Shown piece by piece: positions 40,964 to 49,380 of a stretch of 64,000 nucleotides of DNA. The position numbers were made by a program, and so were the translations under genes. Within the stretch, counting starts at the first letter, position 1, and the number at the start of each line of letters is the position of its first letter. The notes beneath the pieces were generated by a model that made no database searches, was not told where the DNA came from, and saw only the letters and a program-made list of their open reading frames with translations. The stretch is from an uncultured Chloroflexia bacterium (lineage in GTDB: Bacteria; Chloroflexota; Anaerolineae; JAAYZQ01): positions 736,001 through 800,000 of the forward strand of contig CAVOXA010000010.1 in assembly GCA_963700285.1 (NCBI GenBank). The letters are read 5' to 3'.

Positions 40964-41360
40964 GCGCTCATCCAGGAACTGCCGAAGGAGTTGCGATTCC
41001 TGTTGGGCGACCGTCACTACAATGCGCCAAACGTACGGGAAGCTTGTGGCCAACAGGATTACCTCTTGGTTACCAGTCAGTACGGCCGTTACCCGCATAC
41101 CGACCCGGGCGTCGAGGTCCGTCGCATCTTCCACAAGCTGCGCTCGTTGGCGATCGAGAATTTCAATGAGCATTTCAAAGGTCTTTGACGGACATGGGCA
41201 GGTACCGACCAAGGGCCTGGTCAACACCCGCCGGTTTGCGCTTGGCGCTATCTTTGTCTATCAATTGGCCTTGCTCTATCGGTTCCAACATGGCCTCGAA
41301 CTCAATGTTGGCCTCAAGGCCTTCCTGAAAGCGGCCTGAGGAACTATGACCATGCCTCAG
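40964..41360 (+). mobile_element. DDE transposase C-terminal fragment (IS5/IS982-like), frameshifted
   Basis: FLLGDRHYN...RSLAIENFNEHFKG / FDGHGQVPTKG...LKAFLKAA*. Confidence 0.7.
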
Positions 41361-42509
41361 CTATCTCAGCACCTTGTCAAGGGCCTGGACAAACCGGTCG
41401 ATGTCCCCCTCATCGTTATAGAGGTGCGGCGAGATCCGGATGCTATCCCGCACCGAGACAATGACATTGTCCTCGCCAAGCCTGGCCGCGATCTGCCCAG
41501 GTTCCTGTCCCGGAAAGTCCACCGCCAGGATCGAAGAACGACCGGCCTCATCCTCCGGAAGCTGAACCTGGCCGCCTCTGCTCTCGAGTTCTGACACCAG
41601 CCTGTCGACCAGCGCCAGGTTGTGGGCATAGATCCGCTCGATACCCACCGCATTCAGGTACTCCACCGCCCTGGCCAGTCCAACGGCGCAGCCATAGGCC
41701 ATGGTACTGGCCTCGAACCTTCGGGCGTTGTTAGGGAACTCGTACCGGTCAGCTCGCAGCGCCCAGATCTCCCGGTGACTGCGCCAGCCGACCATACCCG
41801 GATCCAGGGCGCGCTGCTGGGCCGGCGCCAAGTACATGATCGCTGCGCCAAAAGGACCGCACAGCCACTTGTACCCCGAGCAGACCAGTGCATCGACCCC
41901 TGCTTTTCCCACGTCCATGGGAACCTGGCCCATCGACTGCGTGGCGTCGACGGCCAGCAGGGCGCCATGCTCGTGCGCCTTACTGGCCAGCGCTGCCAGA
42001 TCGTACATCTGGCCCGTCCGATACTCGACGTGAGAGAGCGCCACTATGGCTGTCCGGTCGTCAATGAGATGGAGCAGCTCCTCCGGGTCTACAAGCCCCC
42101 GATCATCAGCTCTGGCCAGGCGTACCTCGCAACCCACATGGCGGGCGATCCGCTGCCAGGGGTAGATGGTTGAGGGAAAGGCTGCCTCCGTGCCGACGAT
42201 CACCTGATCGGGCTGGGGCAGGATGGCCCACGCCAGGGAGGACAAGAGTTCTGTGGCGCTGGAGCCGACGGCGATGTCATCGGCCCTGGCTCCCAAGAGC
42301 AGGGCCGAGGCTGCCCGCAAGTCGTCAAAGACGCCCTCCTCGGCTACCTCATCAAAGTTCAGTGTCCCGTTGTCCGCCAGATCTCGCTGCCAGGCGATGG
42401 TCGCCTCGGCCGCACCCACAGACATCAGTGCCACAGAGGCAGCATTGAGATAGGTCCATTTCTGGCTGGCCGGAAAGTCAGCCGCAGGTACCAACCTGTT
42501 CGCAGTCAC
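41361..42509 (-). CDS. Class V aminotransferase-fold PLP enzyme (cystine C-S lyase/selenocysteine lyase-like)
   Basis: YLNAAS, SHVEY.TG, VDATQSMG, SGYKWLCGP.G, RFE..T, IRISPHLYN; lacks the RxGxHCA and SSGSAC catalytic-Cys motifs. Confidence 0.85.
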   Translation of the reverse strand: MTANRLVPAADFPASQKWTYLNAASVALMSVGAAEATIAWQRDLADNGTLNFDEVAEEGVFDDLRAASALLLGARADDIAVGSSATELLSSLAWAILPQPDQVIVGTEAAFPSTIYPWQRIARHVGCEVRLARADDRGLVDPEELLHLIDDRTAIVALSHVEYRTGQMYDLAALASKAHEHGALLAVDATQSMGQVPMDVGKAGVDALVCSGYKWLCGPFGAAIMYLAPAQQRALDPGMVGWRSHREIWALRADRYEFPNNARRFEASTMAYGCAVGLARAVEYLNAVGIERIYAHNLALVDRLVSELESRGGQVQLPEDEAGRSSILAVDFPGQEPGQIAARLGEDNVIVSVRDSIRISPHLYNDEGDIDRFVQALDKVLR

Positions 42510-42961
42510 TCGATCTCCCCCGCCCCCATTGCGACTTTTCCGATCCAGTGTACCCAGTCGGCGCCAACCTGCCGCGTACCATTTGCCAGCCGCCGATCCG
42601 CTGTCCACAACGAAATTCCCTCTTGTTCCGCAAGGGCCAGATACTGTGCATCGTAGGCATTGGAATGTCCAAGGCGTTCCGACCAGTGCAGTGCTCGCTC
42701 ATGTAGATGGGCAGTGGGTGTCAAACACTGAATATTTAGCGACAGGATCTTGCCCATGGCTTCAACGGCAAGCTCGGGGGTCAGCCATCGGGCGACGACT
42801 GCTTTGCGCAGAATGGCGGCGATCTCGTATTCCAGCAGAACAGGAGCAAGCAACTCAGATCCGGCTCGTTTCCAGACTGTGATCTGCTGTGTCGCCTGAT
42901 CAGAATAGGGCAACGGCAGGACGACGGCCGCGACCACGTTAGCGTCAAGGACCACACTCAT
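42506..42961 (-). CDS. vapC: VapC-family PIN toxin
   Basis: VVLDAN, APVLLEYE, AYDAQYLALAE, LWTADRRL. Confidence 0.88.
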   Translation of the reverse strand: MSVVLDANVVAAVVLPLPYSDQATQQITVWKRAGSELLAPVLLEYEIAAILRKAVVARWLTPELAVEAMGKILSLNIQCLTPTAHLHERALHWSERLGHSNAYDAQYLALAEQEGISLWTADRRLANGTRQVGADWVHWIGKVAMGAGEIE

Positions 42962-43065
42962 TCCTCGCCTCGCCAGACCCGTTCGAGCTGTGACTGGAGC
43001 TTATTCCTTCCAGCCGGAAAACCGGCCGCGGGTCCAGGCATCCTACTGTACAGATCTACTGCCAC

Positions 43066-44133
43066 TCATGGCAGAAACGGCAGAAAGCGCTCTAACTCTC
43101 CCATGCGACTCACCACAGCTTCCAGCAGCGCAATCGTACCCCGGACATCGCCCATGTCCGCGACCTCAATCGGCGAGTGGGCATAGCGCCGCGGGATCGT
43201 CACGACGCCAGTAGGGATCCCCTCCCGCTGGAGATGAATGGCGCTGGCATCGGTCGAAGACCGGTCGTGCACCACCAGTTGATAGGGGATGCCCTGCTCC
43301 TCAGCCGTCTCGATCAGAAGGCGCTTCAGACCATGATGGGCGACATCGCCGCGGCTCACGAGGCGGAACACTGGGCCTTGTCCAATGCCGATAGGCAGCG
43401 TGGTATCGCCGGCCATGTCGGGCGTACCCCCGCAAGGCACCGTATCGACGACGATGGCGCAATCAGGACCGATGCGGTTCGCCGCCACTCTGGCGCCGCG
43501 CAGCCCTACCTCTTCCTGCACCGTTACGACGAGGTGAAGCGTGCCTGCAACTTGCTTGCCCTGCAGCCGTTCGAGCAGGGCCAGCAATACGACGCAGCCC
43601 AGACGGTTGTCCAGCGCCTTGCCCACGAAACGGTCCGGCTTGCTGAAGTGCTGTACCTCGCTGACATAGGTCACCGGATCGCCGATGCGGATGCCCATGT
43701 CAGCCGCTTCGTCCGCGCTGTCGGCGCCAACGTCAATGTACTGCTCCGTATAGGTGGGCACACGCAGGCGCTCTTCCGCGGTCTGCGCGTGGCCGGCCTT
43801 GAGGCCGATCACACCCAGGTGGCCGTTGACCATGACCTTGCGGCCTACGGCCAGAGAATCGAGCATCCCGCCCAGCTTGTTGAATCGCAGAAATCCGTCG
43901 GCTTCGATGGCCCGGACCACCCCGCCGATCTCGTCCGAATGGGCCGAGATCATGAGTGTTGGGCCGCCGGGTTCGCCCCGGCGCAGGGCATAGAGGTTGC
44001 CCGTGGTGTCAACCTCGACCTCGTCCGCGTAGGGTCGGAACGCGTCCAGCAGCCAGGCCACAACGTCATGCTCAAAGCCCGGTGCCCCGGGAATACGGCA
44101 CAATTCCTTTGTCAGTTCAAACAGGTCAGTCAT
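43066..44133 (-). CDS. M42 family metallopeptidase
   Basis: AHSDEIG, YIDVGA, KALDNR.G, TVQEEVGLRGA, TDA, RYAHSP.E. Confidence 0.92.
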   Translation of the reverse strand: MTDLFELTKELCRIPGAPGFEHDVVAWLLDAFRPYADEVEVDTTGNLYALRRGEPGGPTLMISAHSDEIGGVVRAIEADGFLRFNKLGGMLDSLAVGRKVMVNGHLGVIGLKAGHAQTAEERLRVPTYTEQYIDVGADSADEAADMGIRIGDPVTYVSEVQHFSKPDRFVGKALDNRLGCVVLLALLERLQGKQVAGTLHLVVTVQEEVGLRGARVAANRIGPDCAIVVDTVPCGGTPDMAGDTTLPIGIGQGPVFRLVSRGDVAHHGLKRLLIETAEEQGIPYQLVVHDRSSTDASAIHLQREGIPTGVVTIPRRYAHSPIEVADMGDVRGTIALLEAVVSRMGELERFLPFLP

Positions 44134-44312
44134 TTGATTCTGTTCCTCCATTTCAACGCCATGGAATGCTTCCAAGTATCACCTGTCGATATTGTACCAT
44201 AGGCAAGCCGGATTTCCTACTCTGTCTATCAGTCCTTGGATGTGGCTAGATAACGGCCAAGCCAGAACTGGGCCTCCGGTGCCACTTCCTGCTGCATCGG
44301 GCAGCGGCGCAC

Positions 44313-44353
44313 TTGACTGATCGCCGCATACTTGGTATAATCTTGGTATACCA
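44313..44353 (+). promoter_or_regulatory. sigma70 promoter with GntR/FadR-type operator
   Basis: TTGACT(44313)-17bp-TATAAT(44336); palindrome TGGTATACCA at 44344-44353. Confidence 0.7.
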
Positions 44354-44408
44354 GAGATACTTCTCACGTATGGATCATGGTATTTATCCTGATACCTGTT
44401 CACTCTTG

Positions 44409-44864
44409 GTGTGTACCGCACTAAAAACCTCATGGGAGAAAGTACCATCGACGGTCAACTCCAAAGTTACCTGGTTTGGCAGCAAGCAGTTTGTTGGCAC
44501 CGACAGCAGCAAGCACTCCGTCGTGATCTCTTCCCAGGATGAGGCCAATGGCACAGGTATGAGGCCGTTGGACCTGTTGCTGGTGGCGCTGGCGGGTTGC
44601 ACAGCCATGGGGGTTGTGGACATCCTGCAGCGGAAGCGCCAGGACCTGCTCGATTTTGAGATCAACATCTCCGGCGAGCAGGATGAAGATCCGCCCCGGG
44701 CCTTCAATCAAATTCACGTCGAGTATGTGGCCAAGGGATGTGGCATCAGGGAAAAGGCACTCTGCGATGCCATCGAGCTCTCGCTCAACAGGTACTGCTC
44801 GGTCAGCGGCACGGTGAAACACAAGGTTGAGATCACGACCAGCTACAAGATTGTTGAGCTATAG
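44409..44864 (+). CDS. OsmC/YhfA family protein (start uncertain)
   Basis: GMRPLDLLLVALAGCT, LQRKRQ, F..IHVEY, LS..RYCSV; no ATG start. Confidence 0.8.
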   Translation: MCTALKTSWEKVPSTVNSKVTWFGSKQFVGTDSSKHSVVISSQDEANGTGMRPLDLLLVALAGCTAMGVVDILQRKRQDLLDFEINISGEQDEDPPRAFNQIHVEYVAKGCGIREKALCDAIELSLNRYCSVSGTVKHKVEITTSYKIVEL

Positions 44865-44876
44865 ACAGGTCATTCT

Positions 44877-44958
44877 TGTCACTGCGAGCGCCAGCGAAGC
44901 AGTCCCCGCTAGGCAGGTGGGGATTACTTCGGCCCAAAGAGCGGGCCTCGCAATGACA
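44877..44958. repeat. Palindromic REP/RPE-like element
   Basis: TGTCACTGCGAG...GAAGCAGTCCCC...GGGGATTACTTC...CTCGCAATGACA nested inverted repeats. Confidence 0.75.
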
Positions 44959-44985
44959 TGGCCTGAGACAGATAAGGTGTGAACC

Positions 44986-45669
44986 ATGGGTTTTCCGGAA
45001 CCTGTTCCATCCCTGGCCGAGCAAGCGTACCTCCGCCTCCGGCAGGAAATCCTGGTCTGTACCCTGGCTCCGGGCCAAGTGGTGACCGAACGGGAGCTTG
45101 CCGCTCGCTACGAGATGAGCAAGACACCAATCCGCGAAGCCATCACCCAGGTCTGTCACGATGGGCTGGTGCAGCGGCTGCCGGGCCGGGGCTACATGGT
45201 AGCGCCTATTACTGTCAAGGACCTGCGCGACCTCTTTGGCATGCGTCTCATCCTCGAGACAGCCGCGGCGGAACGCACTGCTCGCACTCCCTCTCCCGCC
45301 CTGGTGACACAGCTCAAGAAGCTCTCGACCATCAGTTATGCTCTGGGGAACGGCGATAGCCAGGTCCAGTTCTTGAAGGGAAACCGCATCTTCCATCTCA
45401 CGCTGGCTGATGCGGCCGGCAACCGCCGTTTGACCCAGACGCTGGAGAGCCTACTGGTCGAGCTAGATCGTTACTTTCACCTGGGTCTGCGCCTGCGAGA
45501 CAGCAGTGGGGAGATGAAGCGCGAGCACGAGGAAGTGGTCGCGGCACTGGAAACTGGCGATGTCGAGGGGCTCACGACGTGTATCAAGGATCAGATCACG
45601 ACTTCGCGCGACCGCATTCTGGAAGCCATCATGAAGGGCGACATGCCAAGCGTCCAGTTGGGCGGCTGA
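44986..45669 (+). CDS. GntR family regulator with FCD domain
   Basis: SLAEQAY..LRQEI, ERELA..Y.MSKTPIREA, R..LE, FHLTL, EH. Confidence 0.92.
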   Translation: MGFPEPVPSLAEQAYLRLRQEILVCTLAPGQVVTERELAARYEMSKTPIREAITQVCHDGLVQRLPGRGYMVAPITVKDLRDLFGMRLILETAAAERTARTPSPALVTQLKKLSTISYALGNGDSQVQFLKGNRIFHLTLADAAGNRRLTQTLESLLVELDRYFHLGLRLRDSSGEMKREHEEVVAALETGDVEGLTTCIKDQITTSRDRILEAIMKGDMPSVQLGG

Positions 45670-45739
45670 TCTAGCGCGGGCAGAAACCCCACGATCGAGG
45701 AATTGCAGCGATAGGAATCGTCGAACAAAGGAGCAAAGG

Positions 45740-46060
45740 ATGCCACATATCGAGTACGACGGCAAGCAGATCGAGACGGATGAGGATGGTTTCATCACCG
45801 ACCCCTCGCTGTGGAACGAAGGCCTGGCCACAGCCATCGCCCAGCAGGAGGAAGGGCTCACCGAGCTGAGCGATGACCACTGGAAGGTGGTTTACTACCT
45901 CAATGCTTACTACCACGAGCACGACATCGCCCCCATGGTGCGCAAACTATGCAAAGAGACCGGCTTCAAGCTAAAAGAAATCTACGAGATGTTCCCCAGC
46001 GGTCCGGCCCGCGGAGCGTGCAAGGTGGCCGGGCTGCCCAAGCCAACCGGGTGCGTCTAG
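45740..46060 (+). CDS. dsrC: DsrC/TusE family sulfur relay protein with both C-terminal cysteines
   Basis: TDEDGF, HWKVV, APMVRKLCK, FPSGPARGACKVAGLPKPTGCV. Confidence 0.92.
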   Translation: MPHIEYDGKQIETDEDGFITDPSLWNEGLATAIAQQEEGLTELSDDHWKVVYYLNAYYHEHDIAPMVRKLCKETGFKLKEIYEMFPSGPARGACKVAGLPKPTGCV

Positions 46061-46064
46061 CTCC

Positions 46065-46694
46065 ATGGAATTCAGTGAGTTCCAGCAACTGACCCACGAG
46101 ATTGGTACCGCCATCCTGGTGCTGCTGTATCTGGCGCGGCTGGTCGTACTGCTCAAGCGCAGGCCGGCCCGCGACCTGGCCAGCAAGCCAAGGGGTGAGA
46201 TATGGAAAGGCACGGTCGACGCATTCCTGACCATAGTCGCCCCGTGGCGCATGGAAAGTACCAAGAAGCACTGGACGCGCTACGTCGAGTTTGTGGTTTT
46301 TCACATCGGCGTGTTCCTCTGCATCGCGCTTTCGTTTGTGATCACCTACGCTCCGGGAATTTTGACCCCACCCGTCCGCGCCGCGGTCTTTGCTCTGATG
46401 GCGGCCTCGCTGGTCGCGGGCGGCCTGCGCCTGGTCCGCCGGGTTAGGCTGCCGGAAATGCGCATCATCAGCTCGCCCGATGACTATCTTGCCATGGGCA
46501 TGGTACTGGGCTTTCTGGGAACCGGGATGCTGAGCTTGACCGGTTGGGAGGCGGCTATCATCGCCTACTTTGTGGTGAGCGCTCTGTTCCTGGCCTACGA
46601 ACCCTTTAGCAAGATCCGCCACTATATCTACTATCCCTTCGCTCGCTACTACTATGGGGCGGCCTTTGGCCGTCGCGGCGTGATCGGCTGGTGA
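46065..46694 (+). CDS. NarI/DsrM-like cytochrome b membrane subunit
   Basis: About 5 TMs; FHIG, RR....MR.IS.PDDY, PFSKIRH. Confidence 0.75.
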   Translation: MEFSEFQQLTHEIGTAILVLLYLARLVVLLKRRPARDLASKPRGEIWKGTVDAFLTIVAPWRMESTKKHWTRYVEFVVFHIGVFLCIALSFVITYAPGILTPPVRAAVFALMAASLVAGGLRLVRRVRLPEMRIISSPDDYLAMGMVLGFLGTGMLSLTGWEAAIIAYFVVSALFLAYEPFSKIRHYIYYPFARYYYGAAFGRRGVIGW

Positions 46695-48034
46695 TGGAGG
46701 CAACGATGCAAGCATCAAAGAAGGATGTCTCCGCCGCCCTGGAGGTTCTCTCCCAGCGCCTCACCCGCCAGCTAGAGGCGTCGATGCACGCCTGCGCCCA
46801 CTGCGGGCTGTGCAACGATTCGTGCCACTATTACGTCGCCCTCGGTGAACCTGAAATGGTGCCCACCTACAAGGCGGACCGGCTGCGAAACGTTTGGAAA
46901 AGGCGCTACGACTGGATGGGGCAGGTCTGGCCCTGGTACGTGGGGGCGCGCAAGCTGGATGAAGGTGTGATCGAGGAACTGTGGGATACCGCCTGGGGTG
47001 CGTGCACGATGTGCGGGCGGTGTGTGTTCAACTGCCCCTTTGGCGTCGATACGCGGTTGATCATCGGCACGGCGCGGGCCATGCTGGGTGCTATGGGCCT
47101 GGTGCCCCAGGGGCTGCAGGACACCGTGGACATCCACCTCCAGACCAAGAACAACATGGGGGTGAACGAAGAGGATTTTCGGGACACCATCGAATGGCTG
47201 GACGAGCAGCTTTGCGACGAGCTGGAGGTTGAGGGACCCGTCATCCCCTTGGACAAGCCGGGGGCGCGGGTCATGTACCTGGTCAATCCGCGTGAGGTCA
47301 AGTTCTACCCGCTCTCGCTGATGGCTGCGGCCAAGGTCATGTATGTAGCGGGCGAAGACTGGACCATGAGCACCGAGTACTGGGACGTGACCAACTATGC
47401 CCTCTTCTCTTGTGACGACGACGCCGCACGTCAGATCGGCCAGTGGGTGGCCGATGCGGCGACCAGGATGGGCGTCAAAGAGGTGTGGATGTCCGAGTGT
47501 GGCCACGGCTACAACGCTCTGCGCTGGGAAGGAGAGAACTGGCTGGGCCAACCCTTCCCCTTCGAGGTACGCAGCTTTGTCGAGGCCATGGCAGAATACA
47601 TCCGCGATGGGTGTCTGCAGCTTGACCCATCTCGAAATCCGCAGCCGGTCACGTACCACGATCCCTGCAACCAGGGGCGCAAGGGCGGAATCCTCAAGGA
47701 GCCGCGCTATATTCTATCACAGACGGTAACCGACTTTCGCGAGATGCTGCCCAATGGCCGGGACAACTATTGCTGTGGAGGCGGGGGAGGGATGTTGTCA
47801 ATGAGCGAGTTTTCCAAGAGGCGCATCGCTGCCGCCAGCGTAAAGGCAGGCCAGATTCAGAGCACCGAAGCCAAGATCGTAGCTACTTCTTGCCATAACT
47901 GCCTGGATCAACTGGCCGACGTCAACCGCAGGTACCAGCTCGGCGCACCGGCCAAGAACCTGTGCGAGCTGGTAGCCGATGCCATTGTCTGGCCGCCAAG
48001 GCCGGATACAGACGGACCTGATGGCTTGGCCTGA
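46691..48034 (+). CDS. DsrK/TmcB/HdrD-like Fe-S oxidoreductase with CCG domain
   Basis: CAHCGLCNDSC, CTMCGRCVFNCP, SECGHG, YHDPC, CCGGGGG, SCHNC. Confidence 0.9.
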   Translation: MMEATMQASKKDVSAALEVLSQRLTRQLEASMHACAHCGLCNDSCHYYVALGEPEMVPTYKADRLRNVWKRRYDWMGQVWPWYVGARKLDEGVIEELWDTAWGACTMCGRCVFNCPFGVDTRLIIGTARAMLGAMGLVPQGLQDTVDIHLQTKNNMGVNEEDFRDTIEWLDEQLCDELEVEGPVIPLDKPGARVMYLVNPREVKFYPLSLMAAAKVMYVAGEDWTMSTEYWDVTNYALFSCDDDAARQIGQWVADAATRMGVKEVWMSECGHGYNALRWEGENWLGQPFPFEVRSFVEAMAEYIRDGCLQLDPSRNPQPVTYHDPCNQGRKGGILKEPRYILSQTVTDFREMLPNGRDNYCCGGGGGMLSMSEFSKRRIAAASVKAGQIQSTEAKIVATSCHNCLDQLADVNRRYQLGAPAKNLCELVADAIVWPPRPDTDGPDGLA

Positions 48035-48072
48035 ACACCCGAGTGACAAGATACCAATCCGAGGAGGCGATC

Positions 48073-49236
48073 ATGGGCGATTTGATCTACCTGGACAACG
48101 GAGCTACATCCTTTCCAAAGCCTGAAGTAGTCTATACCTTTATGGACCATGCCTACCGCAGCTTTGGAGTCAATCCGGGCCGCTCGGGCTATGACCTGTG
48201 CCTGGAGGCTGGCCAACTGGTCGACGATACCCGCAAGCTCCTGACAACGCTCTTTAACGGAGCCGACCCCAACCGCCTCGTCTTTTCCTACAACTCTACC
48301 GATGCCCTAAACCTGATCATCAATGGCCTGCTGCGCCCCGGAGACCACGCCATTTCGACGACCCTGGAGCACAATTCGGTGCTGCGCCCCCTGTATCATC
48401 TCTCACGGGATGGAGTTGAGGTGGATCTCGTACCCTTTGACGGGGCTGGGTTTGTCGATCCCGGCGCAATCAAGGCCAAGTTCAAGGCAAATACCCGCCT
48501 GGTCATCGTCAACCACGCATCCAACGTCATTGGCACCGTCCTGAACATCCGCGAGATCGGCAGATTGTGCCGCGAGGCGGGTATCCCCTTCGCCATTGAT
48601 TCGTCCCAGTCGGCGGGCAAGATCAAGATCGACATGGAAGAGGACAATCTGGATATAGTGGCCTTTACCGGGCACAAATCACTGTTTGGCCCGACCGGCA
48701 TCGGCGGGATGTACGTCCGGGAGGGGATCGAGATCCGGCATACACGGGCCGGCGGCTCGGGTGTGCGCTCGGCCGACCGCGCCCACCTGGACGAGTATCC
48801 CTACCGCATGGAATATGGCACGCCCAACGTGGCCGGCATCGCCGGTCTGCAAGCGGGCGTCAAGTGGGTCGAGGGCCAGGGCATCGAATCTATACACGAG
48901 CGCGAGATGAAACTGCTGCGGTTACTGCGCGATGGCCTGGCGGAGATCCCGGGCGTCATCCTCTACTGCCAGGAAGACTTGACGGACCACATCGCCGTCC
49001 TGGCCTTCAACGTCGAGGGCATGGATGCCGGCGACGTGGGCACGCTCATCGACGTCGACCACGACATTGCCTGCCGGACAGGGCTGCATTGTGCGCCCCT
49101 GGTCCACGAAGGGCTGGGAACTGCCGTCCGTGGCGCTGTCAGGTTCAGCATCGGACCCTTCAACACTGAGGAACATACACAGATCGCGGTCGACGCGGTC
49201 AAAGAGATAGCAGAGTTTGCCCAGCGCAAGTCCTAG
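48073..49236 (+). CDS. Cysteine desulfurase (class V aminotransferase, SufS-like group)
   Basis: YLDNGATSFPKP, LEHNSV, NHASNVIG, FTGHKSL.GPTG, RTGLHCAP. Confidence 0.92.
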   Translation: MGDLIYLDNGATSFPKPEVVYTFMDHAYRSFGVNPGRSGYDLCLEAGQLVDDTRKLLTTLFNGADPNRLVFSYNSTDALNLIINGLLRPGDHAISTTLEHNSVLRPLYHLSRDGVEVDLVPFDGAGFVDPGAIKAKFKANTRLVIVNHASNVIGTVLNIREIGRLCREAGIPFAIDSSQSAGKIKIDMEEDNLDIVAFTGHKSLFGPTGIGGMYVREGIEIRHTRAGGSGVRSADRAHLDEYPYRMEYGTPNVAGIAGLQAGVKWVEGQGIESIHEREMKLLRLLRDGLAEIPGVILYCQEDLTDHIAVLAFNVEGMDAGDVGTLIDVDHDIACRTGLHCAPLVHEGLGTAVRGAVRFSIGPFNTEEHTQIAVDAVKEIAEFAQRKS

Positions 49237-49380
49237 AGCCTGGGGGTCAGAGCTTTCTCATTTGAGAGAAGAAAGGAGGCGGCACTGAACAATAGGAGTG
49301 GAAGTGAGGCGGACCGGTACTTGGCTGAATTGTATACACCAAAAGGAGGATCAAGGTTATGAAACGCGTCGGTATCAAGC

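Noticed and set aside
43177-44202. 341-aa plus-strand ORF
   Set aside because: Antisense shadow of the M42 peptidase
45966-47659. 250- and 295-aa minus-strand ORFs
   Set aside because: Antisense to the DsrM-like and DsrK-like genes
45740-48034. Calling the organism a sulfate reducer from dsrC/M/K-like genes
   Set aside because: No dsrAB, aprAB, sat or dsrJOP in the window; cannot be supported from this sequence
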